From Paragordius varius (lineage: Eukaryota > Animalia > Nematomorpha): a DNA stretch of 64,000 nucleotides. Under the pieces are notes generated by a model. It did no database searches. It had not been told where the DNA came from and saw only the letters and a program-made list of their open reading frames with translations. The DNA lies in the NCBI GenBank assembly GCA_964247055.1, contig OZ176054.1:6510001-6574000 (forward strand). Reading direction: 5' to 3'. Made by a program: the position numbers and the translations under genes. Shown piece after piece: positions 34,501 to 46,649 of this stretch (within the stretch, counting starts at the first letter, position 1; each line of letters begins with the position of its first letter).

Positions 34501-37464
34501 AAATGGCTCAACATAATTAAAAATGATATCAGTTATATAAGTAATCAGCTGTTTAACTAAGAAAAGACGTAAAGAACGCAGACCATTAGTTTTATACAGC
34601 CCATTTTGTTCATCTGACACCAAATATTAACACATAATCTCGCTAATAGTTAGCGTTTATTTTTATAATTCAGTAATGTCGGATGTTATGCGTGAAAACG
34701 ATCATGCATAGAAGAAAAGGGCATTTATAAATCATTGTTTGCTGGTTTAGACATGTGGTATTACTCCATCGATTAAAACATGTGAAACATGTATTTAGAA
34801 ATTGTGGTTTAAGTTTGAAAAGAGTGAGCACTCTGGCAACTGCGATGATGATACAGTGCAAGAGTTGTATCGGATGATGACTCAACTCAAACTCAGCGGG
34901 AATCGGTGGAGCCATTAAATAAATCAGAATAAAATCAGTGAATTTCTACGAATGAAGAAACTCAGTAAATAGGTCCTGCACAATTTGAATGAACGTCCGA
35001 TCGAAAATCTCAAAGTGACTTGTAAAACCAGATTCAAAGTCACGAAACGAAATTATTTTGACATCGAATTGTGACGAGTGATGAGAAATGGCTTTTTGTA
35101 AACCCAAGCCCGAAAAAATCGAGACTCTTGCCAAGCCAATCCATTTACACCGAGGCCAAATCGCTTGGTAAACGCCATGCTCTGTGACAGTTGTCAAGGC
35201 GATAATGTGCACTATGAACCTTTCAAACCCGGTGAAACTGTTGATCTCGTAAGCGATCGCATAATTTAAACAATAAATTAATCGAAAAACATGGGAATTA
35301 GCCAGAACAAATAGAAATTTTGCTACATGACAGTGATCCGTCTAACGAGGCAAAACCACTGGAAGACACATGTTTTGTCCGCCGAACTTTACTGAGCATC
35401 TGAATCATAAATCAATTGGGCTAACCCTTGTAGAGCAGCAGCTTAATAATCTTGAAGACTTGGGTTTGTCACAAAAGACAATCATTTTTCTTTGGCCTTC
35501 ATACACTCTCTGAGAGATGGGCGAAAAGTTAGAAACCGATGGACAATATTTTCAATAAAATTAATAATTTTTTTCCTTTCAATATTACAAGTACTTTTTA
35601 TCAAAACGGGCAAAAATTTTAACAAAATCAACCTAATATATTAGTTAGCCTGTCCATTCGCACATAGGTTTTGCTGCCAAACACCTTACATAAGCGAGTT
35701 TATTAAAGATAAAGCTTTTTAAATTTAAATGATAAAATTAAGAGTTATTTATGTGATAATGTTATACAGCTGAATATTAATATTAAATTTTATGTGCAAA
35801 AAAATTGTAATACTTAGAATCATATAAAACGTTCTTTATTATAAAAAAACTTATAAAAAATCACATTCGCTATTGCACCAAGAAAAATTTAATATTTGAC
35901 TTGGGTTTTCTATAAAAAATCAAACTCATTGTGCTAAGTTTTTTCCTTACGATTAAAGAATCATGATAAATCTGATATATAATTTTGTACACTATGTTGT
36001 GTCTTAATTACAATTTTACAAAGTGTATATATAATATTTTACTTTATGTGTAAATACCTAGACTGGTAAGGAAATCATTAAATTCAAAGTGTTTATATGG
36101 CTGTTTTACTTTTTCCCAGCACATTTGAAATTGAGCACCATCGCTATGTAAGGGTTTAATGTGAAAGTTTCCTTTGGACGTTGTGATGACCAAATCCTGT
36201 AAATAAATTATTAGTTAAAGGCAAAGATTGAGCAGAGTCGCAGCTAAGGGAGGAAAGGGGGCTAATGCAACGGGCGCCATGGTTGAAGGGGTGCCGGATT
36301 TTAAAGGTATTTGAAAGTTATAATTTTAAATAATACATAAAAAATCACCCATTTATGAGTACGGTTTGAATTATTTTTTTAAATGCAAGGGGTTTCATGG
36401 AGAGGGAGGCGAGCATTAGAAATGCAAGCTATGCCTTCGAGACTGGGGCTATCGCATTTTTATTATGTTTTCATTGGCTTAAATGCTGCATGTTTATATT
36501 ATAGTTATGAACTGATATATTTGAAATATATGAAACACAAAAATCTACACAAGAAACTTTAAAGCTGGATAAATCATAATTATAAGTGGGCTTTTAATCT
36601 AATTAGCCTCATTGTGAAATTTATTTAAGCGCTCCCTACTTTGTAAACAAAAGATTGCAATTATATTTAAATATCTGTTTGGTTAAATTTTACATTTTTA
36701 ATATTATAGTTTATTTTAATTTTTTTAAAATAGTTTTAAGTTTATGACTAGTATTTTTAAAACTGATACCATTCATCATTAATGACTTCACACCTAGTTT
36801 GACGCAACCCTAACAAGGTTTGGATTGGTTGCGCTAAAAAATGTTATGGAGAATTTTACCAAGTAAGTAGGTTCCACTGTCACAGAAATCAAAGATTCAT
36901 TCGTGATTTGAACAATTTTAATATTATTATCATCCTGTTGGTGAGTCGTAATGTAAATTGAGTATGGTTGATATGTTTGACCTTGCATGAAACATGGGGC
37001 ATTTTCTTGATCGATGGTTCGATATAAATTTGTTTTCTCGTGATTTACCACGTATACAAAATCATGTTTGGGTGTTGTTGGATTTGATCGTAATAATCGT
37101 GATGATTTTGGCCAAAGAGACAAGGTGATGTAGGGTATGGGCTGATATTTATCAGGGTATGAAAACAAAAATTTTTCGGTGTTAACTAACGTAACGTTAA
37201 TTCTAATGGGTCGGGATGGATTTATTATTTTGCGGTTACATAATTTGGGATGCCACATGACACCGGACCAAATGTGTGGGGAGAGGGGTGAACTCTTGAG
37301 AGCTATATCATTCCAACTGATTTCAACCTGTTGGCAATCTTAACACTTTTTATTATAGACAAAAAATTAATTTTACTCGTTTGGTCAATTCTTGACCCGT
37401 CATTCCTTTTCGATCCTACGAATCTGATCCAAATTGTTAGATACATAAATATAATAAAGTGCAT
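25531..37464 (-). CDS. Membrane-anchored ADAMTS-like zinc metalloprotease (M12B), ~912 aa. Exons: 37464-37377, 37338-36860, 36196-36058, 33736-33535, 31788-31615, 30914-30768, 29242-28867, 28276-28025, 27582-27475, 27144-26733, 25892-25531
   Basis: Signal-like MHFIIFMYLTIWIRFVGS; prodomain (APCFMQGQ, KGNFHIKPL); ELKR/S processing site; zinc motif HEIGHMMGLSHD split across two exons; Met-turn GIMAP; Cys-rich module; TSP1 DGGWSDWKPFSECDSC...RTCSMPLPNFGGRGC; second Cys-rich module (PNGVACG...CINGHC); TM AYMILLIAICTIAFVCTTLAILL followed by YRKR. The 5' exon junction is less certain. Confidence 0.88.
26196..26463. mobile_element. hAT-type MITE (268 bp)
   Basis: TIR CAGGGGTGTCCAACA / TGTTGGACACCCCTG; degenerate 8-bp flanks ATTTAAAC / ATTCAGAA. 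Confidence 0.85.
30987..31313. mobile_element. hAT-type MITE (327 bp)
   Basis: Ends CAGGGCTGATCAACAC and GTGGCGGACACCCCTG; perfect 8-bp TSD GTTTAAAC (30979-30986 and 31314-31321). Confidence 0.9.
31405..31531. mobile_element. Partial copy of palindromic CAGT-ended MITE
   Basis: GCAGTATTATTGG...GCCAATAATAGTGCCCTTTGTTGTATTTACTATTTG...GCAATGTATACTTACCCATGCTG matches 31875-32062. Confidence 0.7.
31875..32062. mobile_element. Palindromic MITE (Tc1/mariner/pogo-like ends, probable TA target)
   Basis: CAGTGTGAGTAAGTATACATTCCTAGAAAGTTATT pairs with AATAACTTCCTAGCAATGTATACTTACTCATACTG; homologs at 31405 and 46478. Confidence 0.8.
34525..35640 (+). mobile_element. Decayed mariner (Mos1-like, DD34D) transposon; transposase pseudogene ~34676-35558
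   Basis: Frameshifted motifs SIKTCE, DDDSTQTQRE, HRIVTSDEKW, TPRPNR, HYEPFKPGETVD, LHD, ERW...TDGQYFQ* are collinear with Mos1. Right end AATCAACCTAATA-TA. Left boundary approximate. Confidence 0.88.
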
Positions 37465-37703
37465 ATAACGTGTTTATCGTAATAGAAACATTTGGGTTCT
37501 ATTATAATTAAAAATCGTTAAAAACTTTGTTTAAATTTAATATATATATTTTATTTTATAATGGCATTTTAAATTATTTATTATGATTTGCTGATCTAGC
37601 CTAATCTATATGGTTTATTCACAAAATACTTTGTTTATGACTTAATTACCTAACCATTTTTTTATACACAGTGCATATTAAAAGTATATGTCCAATATGC
37701 TCA

Positions 37704-37706
<3 letters not shown>

Positions 37707-37740
<34 letters not shown>
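37707..37740. repeat. (TA)n microsatellite
   Basis: About 17 uninterrupted TA units. Similar tracts lie near 17918-17945, 30748-30766, 41176-41200, 52926-52949 and 60757-60788. Confidence 0.9.
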
Positions 37741-37743
<3 letters not shown>

Positions 37744-40700
37744 CCAAATAAAACCGCAAAAGTAATATGGCAGTAAAAGCTTAAGGCTTAAGCCAAATTA
37801 TTATTTGATTATATATTATAACTTATTTAAATAAAAAATTTAATGTATTTTATAATTTTGGAGGATCTTAAAAACAAATAGCCCACGACTTTGTAAAAAA
37901 GGATGCTTTGTTTTAAATTAAATTTCAAAAATATAGTTGAACTTTATGGTATTTTAAACATATTAGAAATTGACTAATGTAATTAATACTTAACATAGTT
38001 AAATTACAAAGATGTTTCGATCATGTCATAATTCTGATTAAAATGCCCGCTTATTCTAATTATTAGGTTAAATTATTACAATATTTAAATTTTTTAAAAA
38101 CATATATGCCAAATGGGTAATTATATTCAGCGGCATTTGATTCTGTCAAAAAGTTTTATTAAAATATTTTAAAATTTTTTAGCCTGCCTTTATTCATTTT
38201 AACTTAAATCTATAATATATAAGAAATAACTATCATGCCCTCAATTTCAAAATTTCCTGTTAAAATTTTGTATTTTACTCCAAATGCAATGTCCCGCTTC
38301 TGAATGATGTGTTGCTTTTTTTCCTAAAATTAAATATAAAATCTACATTTTGCCCAATTGCCGCCTTACTTTTTATTATCTTTTTGAGAAGTTTACCCCT
38401 TGGCTGTTTACTAGAAAATAGCTATGCTTTTAAGCCGAAACTAAAAAATATGGGGTGGACTTTTAGACCCATTATAAAAAATATATTAAAATGTATAAAA
38501 GTCCTTATCTCGATTGTCACCAATTTTTTACATTTAGGGTAATAGCTAACTGGTAATAAAATGTTTCATGGTATAAAATTAATTAACATAATGGTTTGGA
38601 TAATTATATTGAAAGCAAAATAATCAATTCATAATATAAAAATCACCTGTTTGTTTCAATTTGAGTGCTTATATTTCTACTGAAACTTACTAATAAAAAT
38701 AAATGCTTTTATATTATATTAATATACAAGTTAAATGTTTGATAATAATCATATTTTGGTAAAATATTTATAAGTAATATATTTTATTACAAACATTGTG
38801 CTATTCAAGATTTTCCATATAAAAATTAAAATAATGAAGTGATAAAGACGACGGTTTAGACTGCCGGAACTAATTGATGACGGTATTTTTAAAAAATTTA
38901 AATATATATATAGAGAGAATATTGTAAATAAGTTAAGAAAATTAAATCATGTTTATTTTATTGCATAATTTAATAAATCAACTATATTATTCCGATAATC
39001 TAATACATTCGGGGTCAAGAAGGATGTCCAAAGCACATAAATTAGTCATATATATATATTTTTAAAGACGGTAATATTTTAAATTTACATTTAATTTATT
39101 TGCTACTAGAAGAATACAAAAGAAAATAAATTTTGAATAATAATTAGTTAAGTTAACCAAGGAACAAACAAATTAATATATGCAAATATATGCCAAAAAA
39201 CAGAATATCTTGATTAAATCATCGGTCGGTCGGTCTTACGGACTGCAAAAATTACATAATATTACCAAACATAATTTTTTACATTTTTTATACCATTATT
39301 GATGATAATAAGATGCGCAAATCAAAATCCTCTCGTTGGCGTATATCAGCAAAAAACAAAAGAAAAAAAACCGTATAAATATTTTCCTTTATGCCGCAAT
39401 CAGATCCGGTTCGATTTCTTTTGAAAGGTGAAACCTCCTTGCATAATTTACTCTTTTTTAAAAATTAAATGTTGTGTAACAAAATTATTTTTATACTTCT
39501 CTGATATAATTTATATATGTATATGCATACAAAAATAATGCAACAAAAACGTATCATAGAGATCATCATTAGGAAGGAAGATAAGCTTTGACACATAATA
39601 AATATATATATAATCGTAATTATTAGGAATTCTTACCTTAAGTATTTCAATAAAACACTTTAAAAATTGTATTAAGTTTTAGTTAACTTTTGAAAATATA
39701 AAATTAAAGTGAGGAAGATTGATTAAATTGTAAATTATAAGGTATATATAATAAACATTAGTTATATGTATTTTGCTAATGTATATAAATGCAATTGAAA
39801 TCATCTTATAATTTATAATAAATAATCTTTCCTGATAATGAATAATTTAATGATAATCAATTTTATTGTTTTAAAAAGAATTCTTTTCATAAGAGGGAAG
39901 TGCTTCTTTTGTAACTTATACTAATGTCACAAGTATAGGTTTTAAAGGTTACATATATTTGTTAATATACTTTTTTTTGTGTGATAAAAAATAATTTTGC
40001 CATCAAGATAGTTTTCTTTAAAATTAATTATTAAAAATTAAGGAACGAACCTTCATTAATTTTATATTGTGCTAAATAAAATTTCTGTTTTAAAATATCA
40101 TAATGTAGATATAATGGCAAAATATTGAACTCTATGTACTAAGTATTTTTATGTTCCGTTTATGATGGGTTGATATTTTTTTCTTATTCTGAGAGTATAT
40201 GATTTTTTATTCTAAAATTTCATTCAAAAATATCAAATTACCATTGATTTCGCATCGTACCAACCTAAATATATTATGCTCCTTTTGCTATAAGGAATTT
40301 TTTGGTTCGTGAAAAGAGAAAAATCTTAGTTTAAAATATTCCAATCGCAAAAATACTCCCATGATGTATATTTTGTAAAATTATCAAAGTTAAAATGTAA
40401 ATATTATAAATCAAAATATTAAATCGTGGACCTAAGGTGTTTTTATAACTTGACATAAAAATTTAAAATTACTAAAATATTGTTTTTAACCAATACATTC
40501 AAATCTATAATGACCCCCAAAATTTTTGAAATTAAGTCCATTAGATATAACATTTTCAATTGGTTATATTACTTATACAAACGTGCTTTTGTCCGTGACC
40601 GTGAACGATTTATAAAATAACCAGCGTGAGTTAATCATATGTTTAAATTTTAACAAAAATCCATATCACAAGTGTTCAATCGTAAATTTTAATCATCACT

Positions 40701-42639
40701 TTTTACAATGTAATTTTTAGATATATTAATCTTGTTAAAAAGGTTCAGCGGATTTTATTTCAAATAGTGAATTATAAAAAAGACGGTTAAATTTCCAAAA
40801 TGTTTGCGTGCAATTCTAAATTAGATTTACCTTTACTTTTTATAAGTTAATTTGTCAATATCTGAATATTAAAAGTGTTTAATTTTAATTCATAGTGATT
40901 GTTTAGGCCTTTAGATATAAGTAGCGTTAAATTCATATTCCAAAAGAATCCGTAACGTTGTCTAAATCTAGTTTTCACTTTTTGAAGGAATTTCTTGAAC
41001 TTTAAATAAATTGAAAAATTGATTATAAATCCTTTTAAGATTTGTTCTGCTATGCTTTTGCATGTGTTTATAATAAAGATATCTCTCATCATATCGATAT
41101 TTTGCAAAATAAAAAAAGGTACATAAATCAATACGTTTTCATAATATTATTACAATCTTAAATTACTAAATATATTTATATATATATATATATATATATA
41201 ATTATATAACGATTATATATATTTTTTATACAAAATTATATTAACTCAATTCAATCCATCTTTGATATTGGTTTTCAATCATTTTTTATTAAAAAAAATT
41301 ATATAAAAACTGATTTCTCACTAAATTATTTTGTTTTACAAAATCAAAAAAACTAATGAAAAAAAAATAAAATTATAATATGGATAACAATATTTTAAAT
41401 TAAGTTGTTATGCATTGTTTAATACTTATTCTAATCTATCTATCTATCTAGCTATGGAAACATGTTGTAAGAAATTAAAATGAAAAAAAAATGATATCAT
41501 TTTCAAACTTTAGGAGTTAAAAATAAGAAATATTTTTACAATTCCTTTCTTGGATTCAATTTTACGCTCATTATTGTTATTATAATTTTATTTGCAAAAC
41601 TCATTTAAACCTAATTATATATATATATTATTTCATTATGGATATATCTTTTGCACAAAAATTATATTTAACTTTGATTCGGTTGAGCATATTTTTAAGT
41701 TTGAAACATTTAACCGCTTTTTTAATAAAAGAATCAATTTTTTAAGTAGCTATAATATCTTGTAAAAATACCGGGGAAAGAGTGATCTTAAATATATCGA
41801 AAATTCGCTATACCATTCTTTATACGACTCTACATCTCGTCCTTATTAAATTCCTTAGACGCGCTGATCTTATGGTTTTGTCCAACTCAATAAAAGGTAT
41901 AGTTTTCATCATATTAATTTATTACATTTATATTTAATTGACCATCAAAAATTATATTAATTGTTGACTTTTATATAATTTATTTTGAAACCATGAAAGT
42001 TATATTAAATTATTATGTTTGCTAACCCCAAATCAAATTGTGCAAATTTCAGTTTTTGACAATATGATAATTTTAATGTGAATTTTATTATAAGTCTTTG
42101 CCCAACTTTTTGGCGTTAATTTAAGAATACCATCTTTTTATATCCCAATTTATATAATAAACTTTAAAAAAACGTTTAAGTACGAAAACTTGACCTTTAA
42201 AATGTTTATAAAATTCCATATTAATAAAACTTGATATTTTTATAAAACATTCATAATATAATTTTTAGTTTATACATAAACTTGTAGTAAAATAATTGTT
42301 TTGATAAGAGGATAAAAATAAATATCCCTTACCAAAAAAAAACACGGGGGTAAAACCTTGTTGACAATATTTTCTAAAAATATTTTATATATTAAAAATG
42401 TGTCATATTCCCTCGAAACATTCAATTAACATAATACAATAAGTCATACTGACGCAATTCAGAGTACTTTGGAATAATAATTATTTAGGTGTTTTCCGAC
42501 TTTGGATTTTGTAAAGTTCTTAATCATCCTATTATATAAAAAAAACGTGTCCCAAGTGCTATATTAAAATAAAATTTAAAATATTAGCAGTCAGTATTGC
42601 TGCTTAAGTAGTCAAAATGCTTTATTATGGAAAAAAACT

Positions 42640-43100
42640 GGTGAAAAATAGGTCTAATATATTTTAATACATTGGAAATTTAGTCACACCTTTGTATGCG
42701 ATTTTCGTTTATTGAAGTTTCCCTATGCAATGTCCATTTAAAAATCTCAACTGAAATCTACCGTTAATTATTAAATCAATGTGCCAATGATAGTTTGTTG
42801 TTCATTAAATTTTTTGTACGAAAATAAGCTCTTAGGTATCAAAAATTGAAAGCGATTTTCCAATAACGTATTAAACAATTTGTGATATCTAATGATTCCG
42901 GCGAGATAATCAAACGCTTTACCATAAATAAGATACCGCTAGAGCAGTTTACCATTCGAAATTAACAAGGTTCATATTTTTAATAATGAAGTCGATCATT
43001 TAAAAAATATTTTCCCATATGCCTTGGGTCTCCAAGCTCCTTAATATCGTCATTTCTAAAAATGTAAGTTCCCAAAATTCGCAAAGATGCATATTTAAAT
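42640..43100 (-). mobile_element. Possible highly decayed LINE reverse-transcriptase fragment
   Basis: Minus-strand fragments KAFDYL, HKLFNTLLENR and KGVT occur in the order expected for RT motifs, but the match is very degenerate. Confidence 0.3.
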
Positions 43101-44693
43101 TGAATTTATTTAAAAACTACTAAAGTGTAGTTCCAATTATATTATGCCTCTATCTTCCTAAAAAAAATTATAAATAACCTAAAATTTTTGAAAAAATTTT
43201 AAGGCACATCTCTGTTTCGACTGGAAAAATATCGTGTTTTATCTTAATTTTACAGCTAAATTTAATTTAATCCATTATTAGAAAACATTAAACAATAAAT
43301 TGGGACAGGGTACAGAAAATGGCATAATATGCAATATTTTTTCATTTTACCTCATGCACTTTTTTATCATCTGGTATATTTGCCTTCAAGTTGATCCATT
43401 GAATAAGAAATACATTAAGTCTTTTGGGATAAATTTTGTCTGTGTTTTGATGCGTGATTGCTTTGTATGTGCAAACTTTTAAAATGGTTTCAATACATTC
43501 CATATTTTGTCCTATACTTAATTTTCAAAGGCAGGTGTTCTTCAACGAGCCCAATTCATATCGAACATGTGAACAAGCTGTGATTTTCAAGTGAATAAAT
43601 ATCAAGTTGGTAGTTTGATACGTTTTTTTTGATAACTTATAAAACGCTTATCCTCCCATTTATTTAAATGTTAAACAGTCAGCATGTAATCTTTTGCGTA
43701 AACTATAGAAGGGGCATATCTAACATTACTAAGGTGTTAATTTTTTACATAACACTGTGTCCAGAATCAAGAGATGTAAAATTATATACGGATGAAATAT
43801 ATATATTTTGATGGGAAAATGTATCGGGATTATTATGGTACTTTTGGTTTTGGTCAATACCTGTGATTTACTAAAGTTATTTACACTTTTGTGGTAACTG
43901 CTCCATATCAGAAAATGGCAAGATTCCCGCATATTTGTTAAATAATTTTTTTATGGCGAAAGCTGAATGATCCCTTCCAAAAAGTTTCTGTATAATATAT
44001 CATAAATTACCTATAAAAAACAAAACAATATATTTATTAAATTTTATTTTTGAATGGGCGCTGAAAGTCCCAAATTTTTTCGCGCTTCCAAAATGGGCCG
44101 GTTTTATTAAAAACGCGAGAAATGCCGATATATACTATAATAATTTTTTACAAAATGCATGCTTTATTTTAAACTTTAATTTTGGCAGAATTAGGTTTTA
44201 AGCGTACTTAATACTATTTTGAGTCATGCGAGGCCGTATAAGAGCAATATCAATATGTTAAATATGTATGTATTTTCACAAAAATAAACGTTTAAAATTC
44301 GGTGATAAAAATGTGTTACCTTAGAGCATTTTATACCACGTTAATCATGCCTAATTTCCTCATTATATTTTAAAGCAAAGGGCCTTTTTTCAATATGTTT
44401 TTTGATGCCATAATCTAGTACAGTGATAAGGGGGGCGTGAAAAATTCGGAGAATATGATTAAAATATAAAACCAGAAACATCTTAAAGAATTTCAGATGA
44501 AAATCTAGATTTGTCACCTATATGAAAAATCTTTCAAAAATTATAAATACAAGGGTCTCATTGAGTGGGTTTATTATAATATAGTTAATTTTTCATTTTA
44601 ATCATCGATTTTTTTAAAAGGGGGGCCCCACTGCTGATCTTATAAATATCAAATTTTTTTATCAGATCCTGATTTTTCTGCATTCATTTAAAG

Positions 44694-45665
44694 CAGTGAT
44701 ACTCAAACCGCGGCCCGCGGGCCGCATGCGGCCCTAAAAGTGCTATAAAATTGCCCTATGACCAAATTGATACATAAATTATTTTTTTGATAAATTTTAA
44801 AATAGACATAAGCGAATTTTCGCGTATTTTAATATTAATTTATTTTCTTTAAAGTTAATTTTGGTAATTTTTATTTATTACCCAATTTGAAAAGTAGAAA
44901 ATTTTTCCTACATTAAAATGATTTCAAAATTTTGGCACACGTTGTTTCTGTATTTTATTTTGATTTCTATTAAATTTTTATTGCATTCCTTTTTTGTAAA
45001 GCAAGCCTTTCACTCAAACTTGCATATTCTTTTCATTGCTATCTTTTATCATTTAACATTTTTATCTAATGAGACGAAATTCAAAATTAAGATTTATTAA
45101 AAATTTCTTAAAACTCGTTGAAAATCCATGGCATATGGATATACCAATATTGAGCAACTTGAGCATTTCGGTTTTGACAGGCGCATATCATTGAAGAATT
45201 CGTAGATTTAAAAATGATTTCAGGATATATTAGGAAAATCGTGGGGAAGAAAGATATGCAGAGTTTTGGCAAGATGTGCCAAATACTGTTTTTCCTTCAA
45301 CTTACACGTGTGAGGCAGCATATTCAAAAATGAAGTATGTCAAGAATACATACAGAAATCGCTTAACCGATGATCACATGGACGACGTATTAAGATTGGC
45401 CTGTCATGAGGCGAAACTTGTCAAAAATTATTGGTTAATATCAAAATAAATGCTAACGGAATATTTTAATTTTTTAAATGGTGCAAAACGAGTTTTTAGA
45501 TGGATTTACATGCGATCCGCGAAAAATTCATTGTGCTGATTTAGAGTATAAATATTTACATATGTGTCAAATAGCTATGGAATATTTGCCAATATAAGGT
45601 TCATGGCCCTCGAAAAAATAATATATTTTATTTGGCCCGCCAAATTTTTTTGGTGAGTACCACTG
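44694..45665 (+). mobile_element. Internally deleted hAT (Buster/Charlie/SPIN-like) transposon, 972 bp
   Basis: TIR CAGTGATACTCAAACC / GGTGAGTACCACTG; perfect TSD ATTTAAAG (44686-44693 and 45666-45673); subterminal GCGGCCCGCGGGCCGCATGCGGCCC; hATC dimerization remnant FPSTYTCEAAYSKMKYVKNTYRNRLTDDHMDDVLRLA at ~45291-45404. Confidence 0.92.
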
Positions 45666-46477
45666 ATTTAAAGAGAAATAGCCTCTTTTAGAAGGGCAAA
45701 TAAAATTGAGGCTTTCTGTGCCGCTAAAAATTAAAAGTATATAAAAATGTTTTCTTTTTTTATATTTAGATTTGTGATATACTTGATATATTTAAAAATG
45801 AAAAATTTAATTATCACCCTAAAATATTTATTGAACAAAACGTTTGCAAATTTTGCCATTTTATGATATGGAGCAGATACCACAAAAGTGTAAATAATTT
45901 CTTAATTACTCGTAAGACCAAAAACCATGATAATTCTGATACATATTCCTAAATATATACATATTTCATCAGAAAATTTTTTTAGCATAATATTATTATT
46001 TAAATTTTTGTCTTTTAAACACCAGTGGTAAAATACTCAAACCGCGACCCTATGCTTTGCTATGGGCTTAAATTATTTATTTAATAAAATCTGATATACT
46101 AACTAATTTATAAATATCTGCAAATGTGTCAAACAACTATGAATTTTTTATCAGTTTTATGAGGTTTGCAAGACCCTTGAGACAAGATAAATAACTGTTA
46201 TTAAACAATATTATATTTAAAAAAAATAATTTTAAACGTTTAGAATGACAAATGCTAAATTTAAAAGTTAAGGTAATATAATTATCTTATCAAAAAAAAT
46301 CTTTACTTATAAAATTGGACGTACGCACATTCAAAACTAAAATTTCACATTTAATTTTAAACAATATATGATTTAACCAATAATTTTTGCACATTATAAA
46401 CGAATCACTTCAGAGCCATATAAGTCGAAAAGATTAATATATTTCCAATATTTGATTTTAATTACAAAATAGAATTA

Positions 46478-46649
46478 CAGATTAACATTGCTAGAAAGTT
46501 ATAAATTATTGGCAAATAGTAAATACAACAAAGGGCAGTATTATTGGCTTATTTTTTTTTTATTTTTACTATTATTAGCCAATAATACTTCCCTTTGTTG
46601 TATTTACTATTTGGCAATAACTTTTTGCAATGTACACCTACTCATACTG
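46478..46649. mobile_element. Palindromic CAGT-ended MITE, third copy
   Basis: TA-CAG...CATTGCTAGAAAGTTAT...GGGCAGTATTATTGGC...GCCAATAATACTTCCC...GCAATGTACACCTACTCATACTG-TA. Confidence 0.8.

Noticed and set aside
34670-35212. Minus-strand ORFs 34670-34915 and 34946-35212 as genes
   Set aside because: Antisense to the decayed mariner transposase.
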